Of a DNA stretch of 64,000 bases, positions 19,681 through 29,643 are shown piece by piece (position 1 is the stretch's first letter; each line of letters opens with the position of its first letter). Position numbers and translations under genes: made by a program. Source of the stretch: a virus; IMG/VR virus record IMGVR_UViG_3300048927_000308, positions 26,091 to 90,090 of that record. One strand, 5' to 3'. The notes under the pieces were generated by a model. It was given only the letters and a program-made list of their open reading frames with translations, was not told where the DNA came from and made no database searches.

Positions 19681-19714
19681 ATAACTTCGTATAATGTATG
19701 CTATACGAAGTTAT
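19681..19714. other. loxP: loxP site
   Basis: ATAACTTCGTATA-ATGTATGC-TATACGAAGTTAT, canonical sequence. Confidence 0.99.
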
Positions 19715-19757
19715 TGCACAGGGAGAGTCTAACCACGTTTAGGTGTGCATGGCAATA

Positions 19758-19774
19758 TAATTTATTAGAGCAAT
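19758..19774 (-). promoter_or_regulatory. C1 operator
   Basis: ATTGCTCTAATAAATTA. Confidence 0.8.
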
Positions 19775-19841
19775 ACAAAAATCACATCATAACGTGCCCT
19801 TTGTCAGAAAAGATGGCATATCTAGTTGCGCTTGTTTGACA

Positions 19842-19858
19842 ATTGCTCTAATAAAATT
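19842..19858 (+). promoter_or_regulatory. C1 operator overlapping a TTGACA promoter for the coi-c1 leader
   Basis: TTGACA directly overlapping ATTGCTCTAATAAAATT. Confidence 0.8.
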
Positions 19859-20030
19859 TAAATTTTGCACGCCTTGTGCCGGGGGCCATTTCGCTTGCTA
19901 AGCCCCGGCACATTGGCCACTGATTGCCAACGTTAAAAGCAGCGCCGGCACACAACGGTAAGAGCATTGAGTATGTGACGACATCCCGGTAAGACCAGGC
20001 ACATTTCCCTGGCGCGGCAGTGCTCTAATC

Positions 20031-20159
20031 GTTGTGGGTGTAGCTTAAATGGTAGAGCGCCTCTTGAAGGAGGAGTTGAGCGCTGCCCAAGGTTCATTAC
20101 CCGGGGCATCTCATACGGCTGGCCAGACGTTATCCGGGTTCGAGTCCCGGCACCACAAC
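20031..20159 (+). ncRNA. tRNA-like element with ~60-nt insertion
   Basis: D arm TAGCTTAAATGGTAGAGC, T arm CCGGG-TTCGAGT-CCCGG, closing GTTGTGG/CCACAAC; irregular anticodon arm. Confidence 0.5.
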
Positions 20160-20419
20160 TTGATCTTGAAGGTAGCGCCCAGCCGGAGGTGGCGAGTAAC
20201 ACCGGCAGCAATAGCAGTAAGCGGGAATCCTCCAACACCTGAGCCGCACGATCCCGAATGCCGTACGCGCCATTTTGTGAATAGGGACAAGAAGGCAAAC
20301 GAGGCCTGAATGGTCGGACTGAGATATTGCCGCTTAGCCCACGTCAAGGGCCAATTACAGGAACATTGGGCTGCCCTGAAGGGGCTCTGTGATGCGATTT
20401 TCTAAGTAGGGAACTCACG

Positions 20420-20629
20420 ATGGCTTTTACAACTCCTACCACTGATGATGTTAGAAATTATTCTAACGATTTGTCTTTAGACCTCACTTCACCCGACGCT
20501 GCTCGTATTCTTACCGAGCATCACCTCAAGCTCTCAAACCAGGACTACCGCGTCTCAGATGACGACCGGAACGACTTGGAAGACTCCATTGAGTACCAGA
20601 TCTACACCCTCCTCACAGAATCCTCTTGA
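20420..20629 (+). CDS. coi: C1 repressor inactivator Coi
   Basis: 69 aa acidic MAF..PT.DDVR..SN, upstream of c1. Confidence 0.9.
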   Translation: MAFTTPTTDDVRNYSNDLSLDLTSPDAARILTEHHLKLSNQDYRVSDDDRNDLEDSIEYQIYTLLTESS

Positions 20630-20645
20630 ATGCTCTAATAAATCT
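20629..20645 (+). promoter_or_regulatory. C1 operator upstream of c1
   Basis: AATGCTCTAATAAATCT. Confidence 0.7.
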
Positions 20646-20737
20646 ATTTTTTTTAATAGATCCTTTTATAATGTTGAGAACATTCCCCGTCGCTAGGGAT
20701 CGGGGGATGTGACTCGTATCATTATTGGAGGAACTAT

Positions 20738-21589
20738 ATGGTCAACTATGTCTATGGCGAGAAGCTATACAGGGAATTCGTTAAGTTTAGGGAGCAATTT
20801 CTTGCCAGTGCTGTTGAGCGCGCGCAGCATGTAGACACAGCAAGCGATGGGCGGGCGGTTCGTCCGGTTGTTGTTTTGCCATTCAAAGAAACAGATCGCA
20901 TCCAGGCTGAAATTGATAAATGGACCGCGATGGCCAGCGAGCTGGAGCAGTATCCAGATCTTAACGTGCCCAAGACCATCCTTTACCCTATTCCAAATAT
21001 TCTACGTGGAGTAAGGAAGGCTACAACCTATCAAACAGAAGCTATTAACAGCGTCAATATGACCGCTAAACGCATTATTCATCTGTTGGATAAAGACATT
21101 CGTATTCAAACGACATCTGATACGAGTGATTGGGGAAAGAAATATATAAGCAATCTTGAGAAAACCAAAAAAATATTTGAACAGTTCCCTGATGATGAAA
21201 AGTTCAGAATGAGGATCCATGGTTTCAGCGAAACAATGCTGAGAGTCCACTACATCTCCACCAGCCCTAATTTTAATGGTGGCAAGTCAGTGCCTTACCA
21301 TGTTCCTTTGTGTGGGGTATTCATCTGCGATGAAACTTTACGGGATGGATTGTCCATTGGGCCAGAGTTTGAAAAAGAGAAGTTTAGCTTATACGACTCG
21401 CTTGAACCTATTATTTGTGACCGCTGGCCACAAGCTAAAATTTACCGAATGAAAGATATCGAAGATGTTAAAGGTAAACTTGCACAACTCAGAGAAAATA
21501 AGAAAGCACAATCAGCAGCTTCCACAACTCGCACCCGTAAAACAAAATCGGGAAATTCAGTTAATGAAAATCCCGATAGTGCCAAATAA
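20738..21589 (+). CDS. c1: primary repressor C1
   Basis: 283 aa; NYVYGE..RPVVVLPFKETD.IQAEIDKWT. Confidence 0.95.
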   Translation: MVNYVYGEKLYREFVKFREQFLASAVERAQHVDTASDGRAVRPVVVLPFKETDRIQAEIDKWTAMASELEQYPDLNVPKTILYPIPNILRGVRKATTYQTEAINSVNMTAKRIIHLLDKDIRIQTTSDTSDWGKKYISNLEKTKKIFEQFPDDEKFRMRIHGFSETMLRVHYISTSPNFNGGKSVPYHVPLCGVFICDETLRDGLSIGPEFEKEKFSLYDSLEPIICDRWPQAKIYRMKDIEDVKGKLAQLRENKKAQSAASTTRTRKTKSGNSVNENPDSAK

Positions 21590-21616
21590 GAATTAATGCT
21601 GGTGGCTGAGCCATAC

Positions 21617-23101
21617 TTACTCATTAAGCCATGCAAGTGCGTCATCAACCTGCTGCTCATCCTCGATGCTGAGCACTTCATTCTGTGGAACATAGTTTGC
21701 CAGCATACCAAAGCAGTAGGTGTCCCAATGGTCAGGTGAGTGCAGATTCAGTTTCTTTTTCATGTCCTCTTTGGACATCACTTTCCACTGACCGGCCGAG
21801 TTAATTCCAACCGGTATCTTTGATGCCTCGTCAACGGTCGCGTCGCCTTTATCTAGGCGCATGCGGCCAGACTTCACAGCTTCTGCTGCCATCACATTAG
21901 CGTACGCGCGCTGATCAAAGTACAGGCTACGGTCTTCGCGGCTGTGCATCTTCTTACCCCAGCGGATGCGCTGCGCGGTGATTCCGTAATTGTCATACAA
22001 CAGGTCGGCAGTGGATTTACCCAGGCCATCGCCATCGATCACGATAGAGATATTCGGGAAGCGCTCCGGGTTACATTCTGCGAAGATTTTCGCGGCCAGC
22101 TGCGTCTCGGTAACGTCCGTATACGCCAGCATGCGATAACCGATGATCCGGCGCTTATTGCGCTCACCTGATACCATCATGATGTTAATCACCGATTTAT
22201 CGCGGCCTGTGCCACCAGCAACGTCCACGCACGCCACCCAGCCCCAGCCCTTCGCTATCTTCACCTTACGCCGTGTGGCGCGCTCAACCTCATCACGGCC
22301 CAGCAGGAAGCCGTCCTGCGTTTTCGGGAAGAGCCCGCGAACTTTAATCAGGTACATCGGGTTATCGCGGCCGCCGTATTCCGCCAGCTTCATCTTGATA
22401 AACTCGGCGGTAACAAGGGGTGACTCTTCACTATTCAGGATGATCGATGTGTATATGCCGTTCGGGTTGCCTAGACGCTTAGCCAGCTTGTGGTGAGTGT
22501 CATAGAAATAGCCGCTAGGGCGTGTGGGCTGTGACAGCAGCAGGATACGGTTATCCCGGCCGGTAAGCGCACCGGTCATGATGCTGAATGCCTTATCGCT
22601 GACGCCGGAGGCCTCATCAATGATGTAAAGCAGGTGATCAGCGTGTTCGCCGGCGAGCGCTTCCTCGTTCCCCAGGCGGAAGCCCTTCGGAACTACCGTC
22701 CAGACGCCTTTACCAGTGATCTCGAAAAAGGCGGTTTCCGTCAGTACAAAGTAATCAGCAAGCCATGGGAAGCGGCTGGTGGCTGTGGACCAGTTCATCT
22801 TGATGTATTTAAAGATACCGGTCATTACCTGCTGGATCTTGTTCGCAACGATAATCGCACGGGCACCGGGGAACATGATGATGTAAAGCATGATCATGAT
22901 GGATGTCATATCCGATTTGCCGGTACCGTGGCCAGACGATACGGTTGTCTTGCTGCCCGACTGCTGCACCGACTCTATGATCTGGTCCTGCTGCCATGTT
23001 GGCGTTTTGCCAAACAGCACATCAGCGGCGCTTATCCAGTCGTAGCGGTACCGCGCCACCAGCTCACGCCAGCGCGGGTCTGTCACGCAGCTGCGGGCCA
23101 T
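21617..23101 (-). CDS. pacB: terminase large subunit PacB
   Basis: Walker [28 protein letters not shown]. Confidence 0.95.
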   Translation of the reverse strand: MARSCVTDPRWRELVARYRYDWISAADVLFGKTPTWQQDQIIESVQQSGSKTTVSSGHGTGKSDMTSIMIMLYIIMFPGARAIIVANKIQQVMTGIFKYIKMNWSTATSRFPWLADYFVLTETAFFEITGKGVWTVVPKGFRLGNEEALAGEHADHLLYIIDEASGVSDKAFSIMTGALTGRDNRILLLSQPTRPSGYFYDTHHKLAKRLGNPNGIYTSIILNSEESPLVTAEFIKMKLAEYGGRDNPMYLIKVRGLFPKTQDGFLLGRDEVERATRRKVKIAKGWGWVACVDVAGGTGRDKSVINIMMVSGERNKRRIIGYRMLAYTDVTETQLAAKIFAECNPERFPNISIVIDGDGLGKSTADLLYDNYGITAQRIRWGKKMHSREDRSLYFDQRAYANVMAAEAVKSGRMRLDKGDATVDEASKIPVGINSAGQWKVMSKEDMKKKLNLHSPDHWDTYCFGMLANYVPQNEVLSIEDEQQVDDALAWLNE

Positions 23102-24291
23102 CAGTCATCCTCCCCGTACAGCTTGCGGGTAACTTCTTCGTCTTCTTCCTCGTCCTCATCCAGATCCTGCGCCAGCCAGACGGCGTTAGAGACGCCTTCC
23201 GTGTCAATATCGCCATAACCGCCTGTATCCACGATGTCGGCGATTTCGCCCCTGCGCTGTTCAATCCATAGGGCGGAGTCAACGCGGCGGCTGGCGGCCC
23301 GCTCACGGGCTTCACGGTCGAGATCTTCAAGAGATGGCGCACCGGCGGCAGTCTGCTCGGTAGGGTCAGGCTTATCCTGTTTGGGCGTGCGCAGCTCGGC
23401 GCGGATCGTCTCCATCAGCAGAGGCGGCACCTTCCCGCCTTGGGCTTCGATAAATTCTGCGGTTTCCTGTGCGCTCCATCCCAGCTCGCGGCGCCGCTGA
23501 TAGGCCAGCTGCACAATGCCGGTATGGCCCATAGCCTGCGCGTGCTTCTCAGCTTCGCGGTTCTCTTTCCGGTAGTTATTGCGGATGCTAAATATGGTGT
23601 TAACCAGGCTGCTGATCTGCGCGGTGCAGCTGTTCAACATACTGGCTATGCGGTATTCAACCGGCGTGTCGTCGTCATCGTCTTTCTCGGTGCGCAGCTC
23701 CTGCACCAGCTCGATACAAACATCACGCGCGTTTTCCAGCATGAGGAGGTGTGAGAGGGTCTTTTCCAGTAGGGCTGTTTCGAGGGCGTCAGCGCCAGAA
23801 CGGCGGAGCATAGCGCGGGCTTCACGCCGGGCCTCATGGTTATCAATCTTGTAATCGGCTGGCTCAAACTCAAACCGTTCGCCGTCATCGTCAATGCGAT
23901 CACGCTCCAGGCGAGCTTTGAGTGATCGCTTAGCGCGAGTGATCACCTCATGATCACCCATTCGATCATCCAGTTGGCGCTTTTGGGTAGTGGCTTGCGT
24001 CAGTGCGCCAGCGATAACGCTCGTATCTTTTTGTTTTGCCGCGCTTTTACCAAAAGCCTGATCACGTTTCTTTTGATCACGCTTTTGATCATTTTGAGCT
24101 TTCCGGGCAGGTGATCGCACCGGCTTATTCGGTTTGATGCCGTCGGCACCAGTACCGCTGTCCTTAAATGCGCGCAGATACCGCCGGGCGGTATTGGGGT
24201 TAAGATTAAATTCTGCTGCATACTGCGCGATGGTATATCCACCATCACGCGCCAGCCGGGCAAAATTCTCTTTGTGTTCGTCCCAGGTCAC
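23101..24291 (-). CDS. pacA: terminase small subunit PacA
   Basis: [39 protein letters not shown]. Confidence 0.93.
   Translation of the reverse strand: MTWDEHKENFARLARDGGYTIAQYAAEFNLNPNTARRYLRAFKDSGTGADGIKPNKPVRSPARKAQNDQKRDQKKRDQAFGKSAAKQKDTSVIAGALTQATTQKRQLDDRMGDHEVITRAKRSLKARLERDRIDDDGERFEFEPADYKIDNHEARREARAMLRRSGADALETALLEKTLSHLLMLENARDVCIELVQELRTEKDDDDDTPVEYRIASMLNSCTAQISSLVNTIFSIRNNYRKENREAEKHAQAMGHTGIVQLAYQRRRELGWSAQETAEFIEAQGGKVPPLLMETIRAELRTPKQDKPDPTEQTAAGAPSLEDLDREARERAASRRVDSALWIEQRRGEIADIVDTGGYGDIDTEGVSNAVWLAQDLDEDEEEDEEVTRKLYGEDD
23897..24117. other. pac site (two clusters of TGATCA/G hexamers within pacA)
   Basis: About nine GATC-containing hexamers in two groups separated by ~90 bp. 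Confidence 0.8.
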
Positions 24292-24328
24292 TCATGCTTC
24301 CCTTGCAGTTAGATCTGACTTTGCGGCG

Positions 24329-24347
24329 AGGGTAACGCAAGTCACAC
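24329..24347 (-). promoter_or_regulatory. late promoter for pacAB
   Basis: GTGTGACTT-4-TACCCT. Confidence 0.45.
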
Positions 24348-24402
24348 GTTAAAAAGGCCCGGGGCCGAAGCCCCAGGCCGTTTAAGCAAGTTAATCAGGT
24401 GG

Positions 24403-24822
24403 TTAATGAGGGTAGTTAAGCTGCTGCGTGCGATGCTGGCGCGATATGGTATTGAACAGTTCACGGGCCATCACCCATGGTTTATGTTCACGCTGCTCTT
24501 TCTCGTCATAGGTCATGCGGAGCTCGTCAGTGATGTCGTTTCCATAGCGGCGTGGGGCGCGACTTCTCCGGAAAAACTCTGGATCAAGCGAATAAATGCG
24601 GAATTTGCGCGGACGGCAGTTTTCATCGACATACACTGAAGAGTGCTGTGAGACGGAAATGGACTTCAGGCGAAGATATACGTCGCGGGTATCAATATCG
24701 AGGTCGGGGTATTCGTTGGCCAGAATGACCGCTAATTCCTTGGCGGAAAGCAACGATTTGGTGCGGATCATGTATTCCGCAATCTCGTACGATGTAATAC
24801 GTGTGTTTCGATTTCGGCTCAT
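24403..24822 (-). CDS. lpa: late promoter activator Lpa
   Basis: RITSYEIAEYMIRTKSLLSAKELA; position upstream of pacA. Confidence 0.9.
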   Translation of the reverse strand: MSRNRNTRITSYEIAEYMIRTKSLLSAKELAVILANEYPDLDIDTRDVYLRLKSISVSQHSSVYVDENCRPRKFRIYSLDPEFFRRSRAPRRYGNDITDELRMTYDEKEQREHKPWVMARELFNTISRQHRTQQLNYPH

Positions 24823-24922
24823 GTGTTGGCGTCCCTGCCAGTAAAGTAACTTCCTGTCACTTAATGGTTGAGTCGTGCCCGCTCAACCAATGCGCACATA
24901 ATATCCGACTTTTGAGAAATAG

Positions 24923-24939
24923 CAATATATTAGAGCAAT
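24923..24939 (-). promoter_or_regulatory. C1 operator upstream of lpa
   Basis: ATTGCTCTAATATATTG. Confidence 0.78.
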
Positions 24940-24940
24940 A

Positions 24941-25984
24941 TTATTTATTTCCCGACGACTGACTTGTGATAGCACCAATTCCCTGCGCGTAATCGAAAAA
25001 TAAACGCTGGTGGATAGCCAGCTTCCCATGCTTGCTTTCCCAAGCATCGCGATCGCGGACTATTTCTGCCTGGCATTTTTGGCATAGCGGTACCGCGTAA
25101 GTATCGTGCGCGCACAGACGGCGGTTAAGCACCAAATACGGGCTAATCCGTGCGGTGCCACCAGCTGCACCACAGCCACAACACGGACGAGTAGCCACGA
25201 ACGACAGATAATCCGGCAACTTAAGCGGCTGGAGCTTCGGCTTTTTGAAATAGGCCATCCCCGGATCCGGGTCTACCAATACAGGGCACAATTTTTCACG
25301 CAGCGGAGCGGCCCTCTCTTCCATCATTCGAACATAAGCAATAGCGCGGTCATCGTATGGCTTGATATCGGCCTCTTTCATCGGGCCTGATTGCTCCTCC
25401 TCGTCCTTTTTCTTATTGATTGCGATACGGCAGGCCTCTTCCGGCAGTTCGTTAACCATGTTGCGCATAAATGCCCACCAGCAAAGCTCTTGCATGCTGA
25501 GATCACGGCTCTTAGGTAGGCCCATTTCTGCCCTGGCCTTCTCCAAAATCCAGTTAACACGGTTGCGATATAGCGTGTCTTCCAGCTCAGCAAAGCCTTT
25601 CATCAGATAATGGTTATCGTGATGCCAGCAGAGGACCACAGCGCTATTATTTCGCTCTGTGTAGGTCACATTATTGTCGCACCAGCTACGATCCAACGCC
25701 TGGCAGCATGCAACCTTCTGACGAAGATGTGCCTTCAGGGAATCGAAGCCCCCTAAGCGCTGGAAAACCTCTTCGCTCATGAAGAATGGCCGCAAAGCTT
25801 CGTTGGTGGCCATAGACTGCTCAGCGTGGATCACGCCGTCTTGCATATGGTCCATTAGCTCACGCGGTATCGGCTCCATCATGAATTTCTGGCCCGACTT
25901 AATCAGGCTTGCAACCTCATGATCTGCTTTGAACGAGGCGAGGCCGAGCTCTTTCTGTACAAAGGGAGTGATAACAGCTTTCAC
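24941..25984 (-). CDS. pdcB: PdcB / DUF968 family protein
   Basis: [37 protein letters not shown]. Confidence 0.85.
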   Translation of the reverse strand: MKAVITPFVQKELGLASFKADHEVASLIKSGQKFMMEPIPRELMDHMQDGVIHAEQSMATNEALRPFFMSEEVFQRLGGFDSLKAHLRQKVACCQALDRSWCDNNVTYTERNNSAVVLCWHHDNHYLMKGFAELEDTLYRNRVNWILEKARAEMGLPKSRDLSMQELCWWAFMRNMVNELPEEACRIAINKKKDEEEQSGPMKEADIKPYDDRAIAYVRMMEERAAPLREKLCPVLVDPDPGMAYFKKPKLQPLKLPDYLSFVATRPCCGCGAAGGTARISPYLVLNRRLCAHDTYAVPLCQKCQAEIVRDRDAWESKHGKLAIHQRLFFDYAQGIGAITSQSSGNK

Positions 25985-25995
25985 GGTCTTTACTC

Positions 25996-26256
25996 TTATT
26001 CGTTATTAGCCTGAATGGCTGGTGGCACGGTTTTCCCGTTGCCGGGCTTCCAATTCAGAGCGGGAATGATCACCGCCTCTTTGGGTTTACCGCATTCAGC
26101 TGCTGCGTCCAGCTCGGCATGAGCATCAACGAGCTGTGCAAGGACCAGTTCCACAGCCTCAAAGGCGTTCGTCTCGTCGATACCACGATCGTTAATTTCG
26201 TAGCCGTGTTCGTTCAACAGGTCAATAATGCGGACTAGCTGGTTATTCTTTCCCAT
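25996..26256 (-). CDS. hypothetical protein
   Basis: GGAG RBS. Confidence 0.6.
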   Translation of the reverse strand: MGKNNQLVRIIDLLNEHGYEINDRGIDETNAFEAVELVLAQLVDAHAELDAAAECGKPKEAVIIPALNWKPGNGKTVPPAIQANNE

Positions 26257-26288
26257 GATTTGCTCCGGAATTGATTTCTGTCATGAGG

Positions 26289-26519
26289 TCAGTTGGTTCG
26301 AGTAACACGGATGAAATACTGGGGAACTTCATCTTCAACAACCATCATTACCTGCTTTAGTTCTACCTTTCTGCCCATACGCACTGCGCATGATTTCAGG
26401 CTGGCTTGTTCGCGGGCGTATTCCCCTTCTGAATAAGGCACAATCAAAATTGTGTCGCCTACTTCCATTTGCCGGATTGCTTCGGTCCGGGTGGCGTAAT
26501 TCTTGTAATTGGTTTTCAC
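26289..26519 (-). CDS. hypothetical protein
   Basis: GGAGG RBS, GTG start. Confidence 0.6.
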   Translation of the reverse strand: MKTNYKNYATRTEAIRQMEVGDTILIVPYSEGEYAREQASLKSCAVRMGRKVELKQVMMVVEDEVPQYFIRVTRTN

Positions 26520-26534
26520 TCCCCCTCCATGTGT

Positions 26535-27278
26535 CTAATCATTATCGGGCTGGTCAGCTTCATCACACACACGGTCCATGTGCTTCTGTATCCAGTCGGT
26601 GAGCTTCAGGCCTTCCACCTGTGCTTGTCGGACGTAGCGATTTTTGCGATCAGGGGTAACGCGCATCTGTATTTGAGCAGTCGCCGGGCTGGCTTCTTTC
26701 AGAGCGTTCAGGCTACGCGGGTCACGTTGTTCAGGCGCTTTAGTCATGGCATTCTCCGGCATAGAGGCCTTCAGGCCTTTGTCAGTCAAACGCACATTGT
26801 AATATTTCGTGGGCTCTTGACCATTATTAACGGATAAGTCCTCCAGATTTCGCAGATACGCTCCTAGTTGCGCCCGCTGATAGCCAATACCCCCACTCGT
26901 TTGTTCGATAATCACGTCACTCTTGAGTAAGCCTCGTTCGATACGGCGTTTAATAGCAGCTCGCATCACTCGCTGGTATATTTTGCCACCAGCAAGCAGT
27001 ATTGAGCGTACGCCCGTAGGCCATTCTATTGAGTCGAAGCCAGACAGCGCGGCGATCATTTCATCTGCCCGTGCCTCTGTCATGCGCTGCTCATATGGTT
27101 CGATAACACGGCCCGATTCGATGAAGCCATGTTTTGCCGACAAAATGACAACGGCAGGCCGCGCTGCTGGCACGTTCGCGCGGAATGTCGAATACATCAC
27201 CCCTTGATAAAGGGCCATTGCCGGAGCCGCTTGCCTGCCCTTTGTCGCAGAACAGGCCAGGATAATTAAGTTCTTCAT
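26535..27278 (-). CDS. DUF6884-like domain fused to C-terminal ribbon-helix-helix
   Basis: LIILACSATK..A.ALYQG..ILSAKHG..IEPYEQRM; QIQMRVTPDRKNRYVRQAQ..LTDWI. Confidence 0.65.
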   Translation of the reverse strand: MKNLIILACSATKGRQAAPAMALYQGVMYSTFRANVPAARPAVVILSAKHGFIESGRVIEPYEQRMTEARADEMIAALSGFDSIEWPTGVRSILLAGGKIYQRVMRAAIKRRIERGLLKSDVIIEQTSGGIGYQRAQLGAYLRNLEDLSVNNGQEPTKYYNVRLTDKGLKASMPENAMTKAPEQRDPRSLNALKEASPATAQIQMRVTPDRKNRYVRQAQVEGLKLTDWIQKHMDRVCDEADQPDND

Positions 27279-27285
27279 ATACGCT

Positions 27286-28563
27286 TCAGAACGAGGATTG
27301 CAGGCGTTCCGCATCTGCGGGACCACATTTGTCGTACACCTCGTTGAAGATGTCAGCGCTAAGGCCCAGCACACAATCCATCTCCTGGATTGCCTCCAGC
27401 GCATCCAGCGGCGTGCCGTTGTCTCTCTGTAGGGATACTTCATTCGGCAGCATGAATTTACCGTCAGTGATAGAGACGATAGCAGGCAGACCAACGCGCT
27501 CGGCTTCCTCGCCAGTATCCATCAGCCAATCAAAGGCGATTTGATACAGCCCCTCGCAATCGGTCACGGTCGCAGTGCCATATACCTTGTCGGTTTCACG
27601 CTTCGTCACTTTGATGTCCTTAGCGTCCCACCAGTCCATTTCGAAGATGTTGGAGAGGGTTAGCGTGGCTCTCTTTTCGGGACGCCAGCCAGTGGCTAAG
27701 ATGTGATTGAACTGATCGCGGTACGGCTTGTTGACCTCAATGAAGGTGTAGGTATCGCCGATGTAGCCAAAGCAAAGGTGGTTGCGCAGCCAGACAGTGA
27801 TCGCGCGGTCTTTGCAGCGCGCGGCGACGTTTTCATAGTTCGCCTTGATGTCATGATAAGCGGCCTCGGCATCAAACCCCGGCTGCTCGCTCTGCTGCAT
27901 AAGGCGCGTCAGGGTGTTTGACATGTGGAGAATGGCAGCGGTTGAGTCTATGGCGTTCAATGCGTCCACCAGCTTCGGATCCGCCGGGGGCAGCTTGCTA
28001 ACAGCTTCGCAAAGCTCTTTGATGGTGGTCGGGCCTTCGTTCATCTCCAGGGCGACTGCGTGCGCGGCGTTCAGGATCCGCGTCTTCAGCGCGTCGCTGT
28101 GTTTATGCCAAATGTCCGCCATCTCAGGGGAGGCCAGAAACGGGAGATTCTCTTCAAAAGTAGCATCTTCAATAAGCGCATTGGCATGACAGATTTCTAC
28201 AGCCACCTCGCGCTCTATCTCTGTCATTTGCTGCCAAACATCCCGAGCTGCTTCGCCTGGGGCGTAGACATAAAGGGTGTTGTACGCATCATTCATCATG
28301 AGCGCTTCAGCGTGAGCATCAGCCAATGCGGCGTGATACTCGTTAGAAACGGTTTCAAACCAGCCACGGAAACGCTTAGCGATATTGTCACGGGCAGGAG
28401 TGAAGCATGAATAAACCTGTTCAACCTGTTTATCGCCGTTTTTATCGATGAAGGCGATCAGGCCGATGGCGTCATTCTGAACTGTGTAGAAGGTTGGGCG
28501 GAAGCCGTTATTAAGAAGAGCTTTAACAGCGAAGAAAAAATCTTTTTTAAGCATTGGTTTCAT
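27286..28563 (-). CDS. hypothetical protein with three HAxAL repeats
   Basis: 425 aa; HAEALMMN, HANALIED, HAVALEMN. Confidence 0.75.
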   Translation of the reverse strand: MKPMLKKDFFFAVKALLNNGFRPTFYTVQNDAIGLIAFIDKNGDKQVEQVYSCFTPARDNIAKRFRGWFETVSNEYHAALADAHAEALMMNDAYNTLYVYAPGEAARDVWQQMTEIEREVAVEICHANALIEDATFEENLPFLASPEMADIWHKHSDALKTRILNAAHAVALEMNEGPTTIKELCEAVSKLPPADPKLVDALNAIDSTAAILHMSNTLTRLMQQSEQPGFDAEAAYHDIKANYENVAARCKDRAITVWLRNHLCFGYIGDTYTFIEVNKPYRDQFNHILATGWRPEKRATLTLSNIFEMDWWDAKDIKVTKRETDKVYGTATVTDCEGLYQIAFDWLMDTGEEAERVGLPAIVSITDGKFMLPNEVSLQRDNGTPLDALEAIQEMDCVLGLSADIFNEVYDKCGPADAERLQSSF

Positions 28564-28625
28564 GGGGATGTCCTTAGTTGCCCGGAACCGCCGGGGCGGT
28601 GGCGCTAAATCTGCGCCATGAGGTT

Positions 28626-28667
28626 AATTTAATCTCTTCTATTTTGTTTGTCAATACAAACAAAATA
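28626..28667 (-). promoter_or_regulatory. sigma70 promoter with overlapping palindromic operator
   Basis: TTGACA-17-TAAATT; TATTTTGTTTGT-caat-ACAAACAAAATA covers the -35. Confidence 0.7.
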
Positions 28668-28677
28668 ACTGAGCATG

Positions 28678-29007
28678 TTAGCTCGCCCGGACCTCGCGCG
28701 CCTGGGTCGCCGGTGTGCGCAAAATGGTAAATGTCACTACGCCTTCCATGCGGATCTCATTGAGTTCTTCCCCGGTAAGGTTCTGCTCATCGTCAGTGAC
28801 CAAACCGTTGGTTTTTACTCGGGCAAAGTGGAGTCGGTCAAACAGTGTGATCAACACCAAATCCCCGGGCTTTGCCTTTAATGACCGGTCCAGCACGGCA
28901 TACCCTGTTGTTGTTTCAATAACGGCACTGTTTCCGTTTATCTGGCAGATCTTGTCGATGGTTAATCTTGACTCTACATAGTCGGTAGCTGGAGAGGGAA
29001 ATCCCAT
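28678..29007 (-). CDS. humD: HumD/UmuD'-like protein
   Basis: MGFPSPATDYVE; P1 position; SOS box upstream. Confidence 0.7.
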   Translation of the reverse strand: MGFPSPATDYVESRLTIDKICQINGNSAVIETTTGYAVLDRSLKAKPGDLVLITLFDRLHFARVKTNGLVTDDEQNLTGEELNEIRMEGVVTFTILRTPATQAREVRAS

Positions 29008-29262
29008 TTATCCCTCCAGGCTAAAATCGTCATCCCAATCGGGGAGGGTCGCGACCTTACTGACAGCGAGCAAATAGCCCAAGCCGTTGGATATTGATGT
29101 AGGTTGCTCTAGGCCAAACTCGAAGTAATCAGGCCATGCGCGACCCAGCCAGAAACCACCGCCTACCTCTTTTGCACGCTGTATGAACAACCAACGTCCG
29201 GGGGGAATATAGTCTCTTTGCTCACCGCGCAATATGACGTCATAGTTGCTGTCTTTACCCAT
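29008..29262 (-). CDS. probable SOS-regulated hypothetical protein
   Basis: GGAGG RBS directly after LexA box. Confidence 0.7.
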   Translation of the reverse strand: MGKDSNYDVILRGEQRDYIPPGRWLFIQRAKEVGGGFWLGRAWPDYFEFGLEQPTSISNGLGYLLAVSKVATLPDWDDDFSLEG

Positions 29263-29282
29263 AGATCCTCCCGTAAATAATG

Positions 29283-29298
29283 CTGTATATATATACAG
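29283..29298. promoter_or_regulatory. LexA box
   Basis: CTGTATATATATACAG, perfect consensus. Confidence 0.92.
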
Positions 29299-29367
29299 TA
29301 TTTTGCGGGCGGCTTTTCGTCAACCGGAGCGGAATATAAAAAAACCCGCACAGGCGGGCTTAGCGTT

Positions 29368-29643
29368 TTAGATCGTGATTTTTATCGCGTACACCTTTAC
29401 CGGATCCGGGCCAAAGTGCTTATGTGTGATGGTTTTTATCTCGTAACCCTCATACGGCATCACCAGGCGTCGATCGTTATCATCCTTGCGGGGATAGCCC
29501 CGAGTGATGATCAGCCGGTCATAATCGCGCCCAATTAGCCTGCGGCTCCAATAAGCATTTACCAGGCGATACTCCTCGGTTTTCTCGCCGCTCTTCATCG
29601 CGTCGAAGTATTCGCCATTTACGGCCATCTGTAGATCAGCCAC
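29368..29643 (-). CDS. ASCH-domain protein
   Basis: YFDAMKSGEKTEEYR. Confidence 0.8.
   Translation of the reverse strand: MADLQMAVNGEYFDAMKSGEKTEEYRLVNAYWSRRLIGRDYDRLIITRGYPRKDDNDRRLVMPYEGYEIKTITHKHFGPDPVKVYAIKITI

Noticed and set aside
20019-20035. C1 operator-like AGTGCTCTAATCGTTGT
   Set aside because: Poor 3' half, and better explained as one arm of the 19-bp RNA stem
20031-20159. Canonical tRNA-Phe or tRNA-Met/Ile2
   Set aside because: 6-nt anticodon loop, bulged acceptor stem, ~60-nt insert and no properly placed CCA; kept only as tRNA-like
20373-20385. GCCCTGAAGGGGC resembling lambda boxB in the coi leader
   Set aside because: Short single instance, no boxA, and loop length differs
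24844-24852. Perfect late-promoter -22 box AAGTTACTT upstream of lpa
   Set aside because: No acceptable -10 at 4 bp spacing and too close to the start codon; it may be an Lpa autoregulatory site but this is unsupported
27279-27494. 319-aa version of the DUF6884-RHH ORF
   Set aside because: The extension overlaps the upstream gene; the domain begins at MKNLIILAC (27278)
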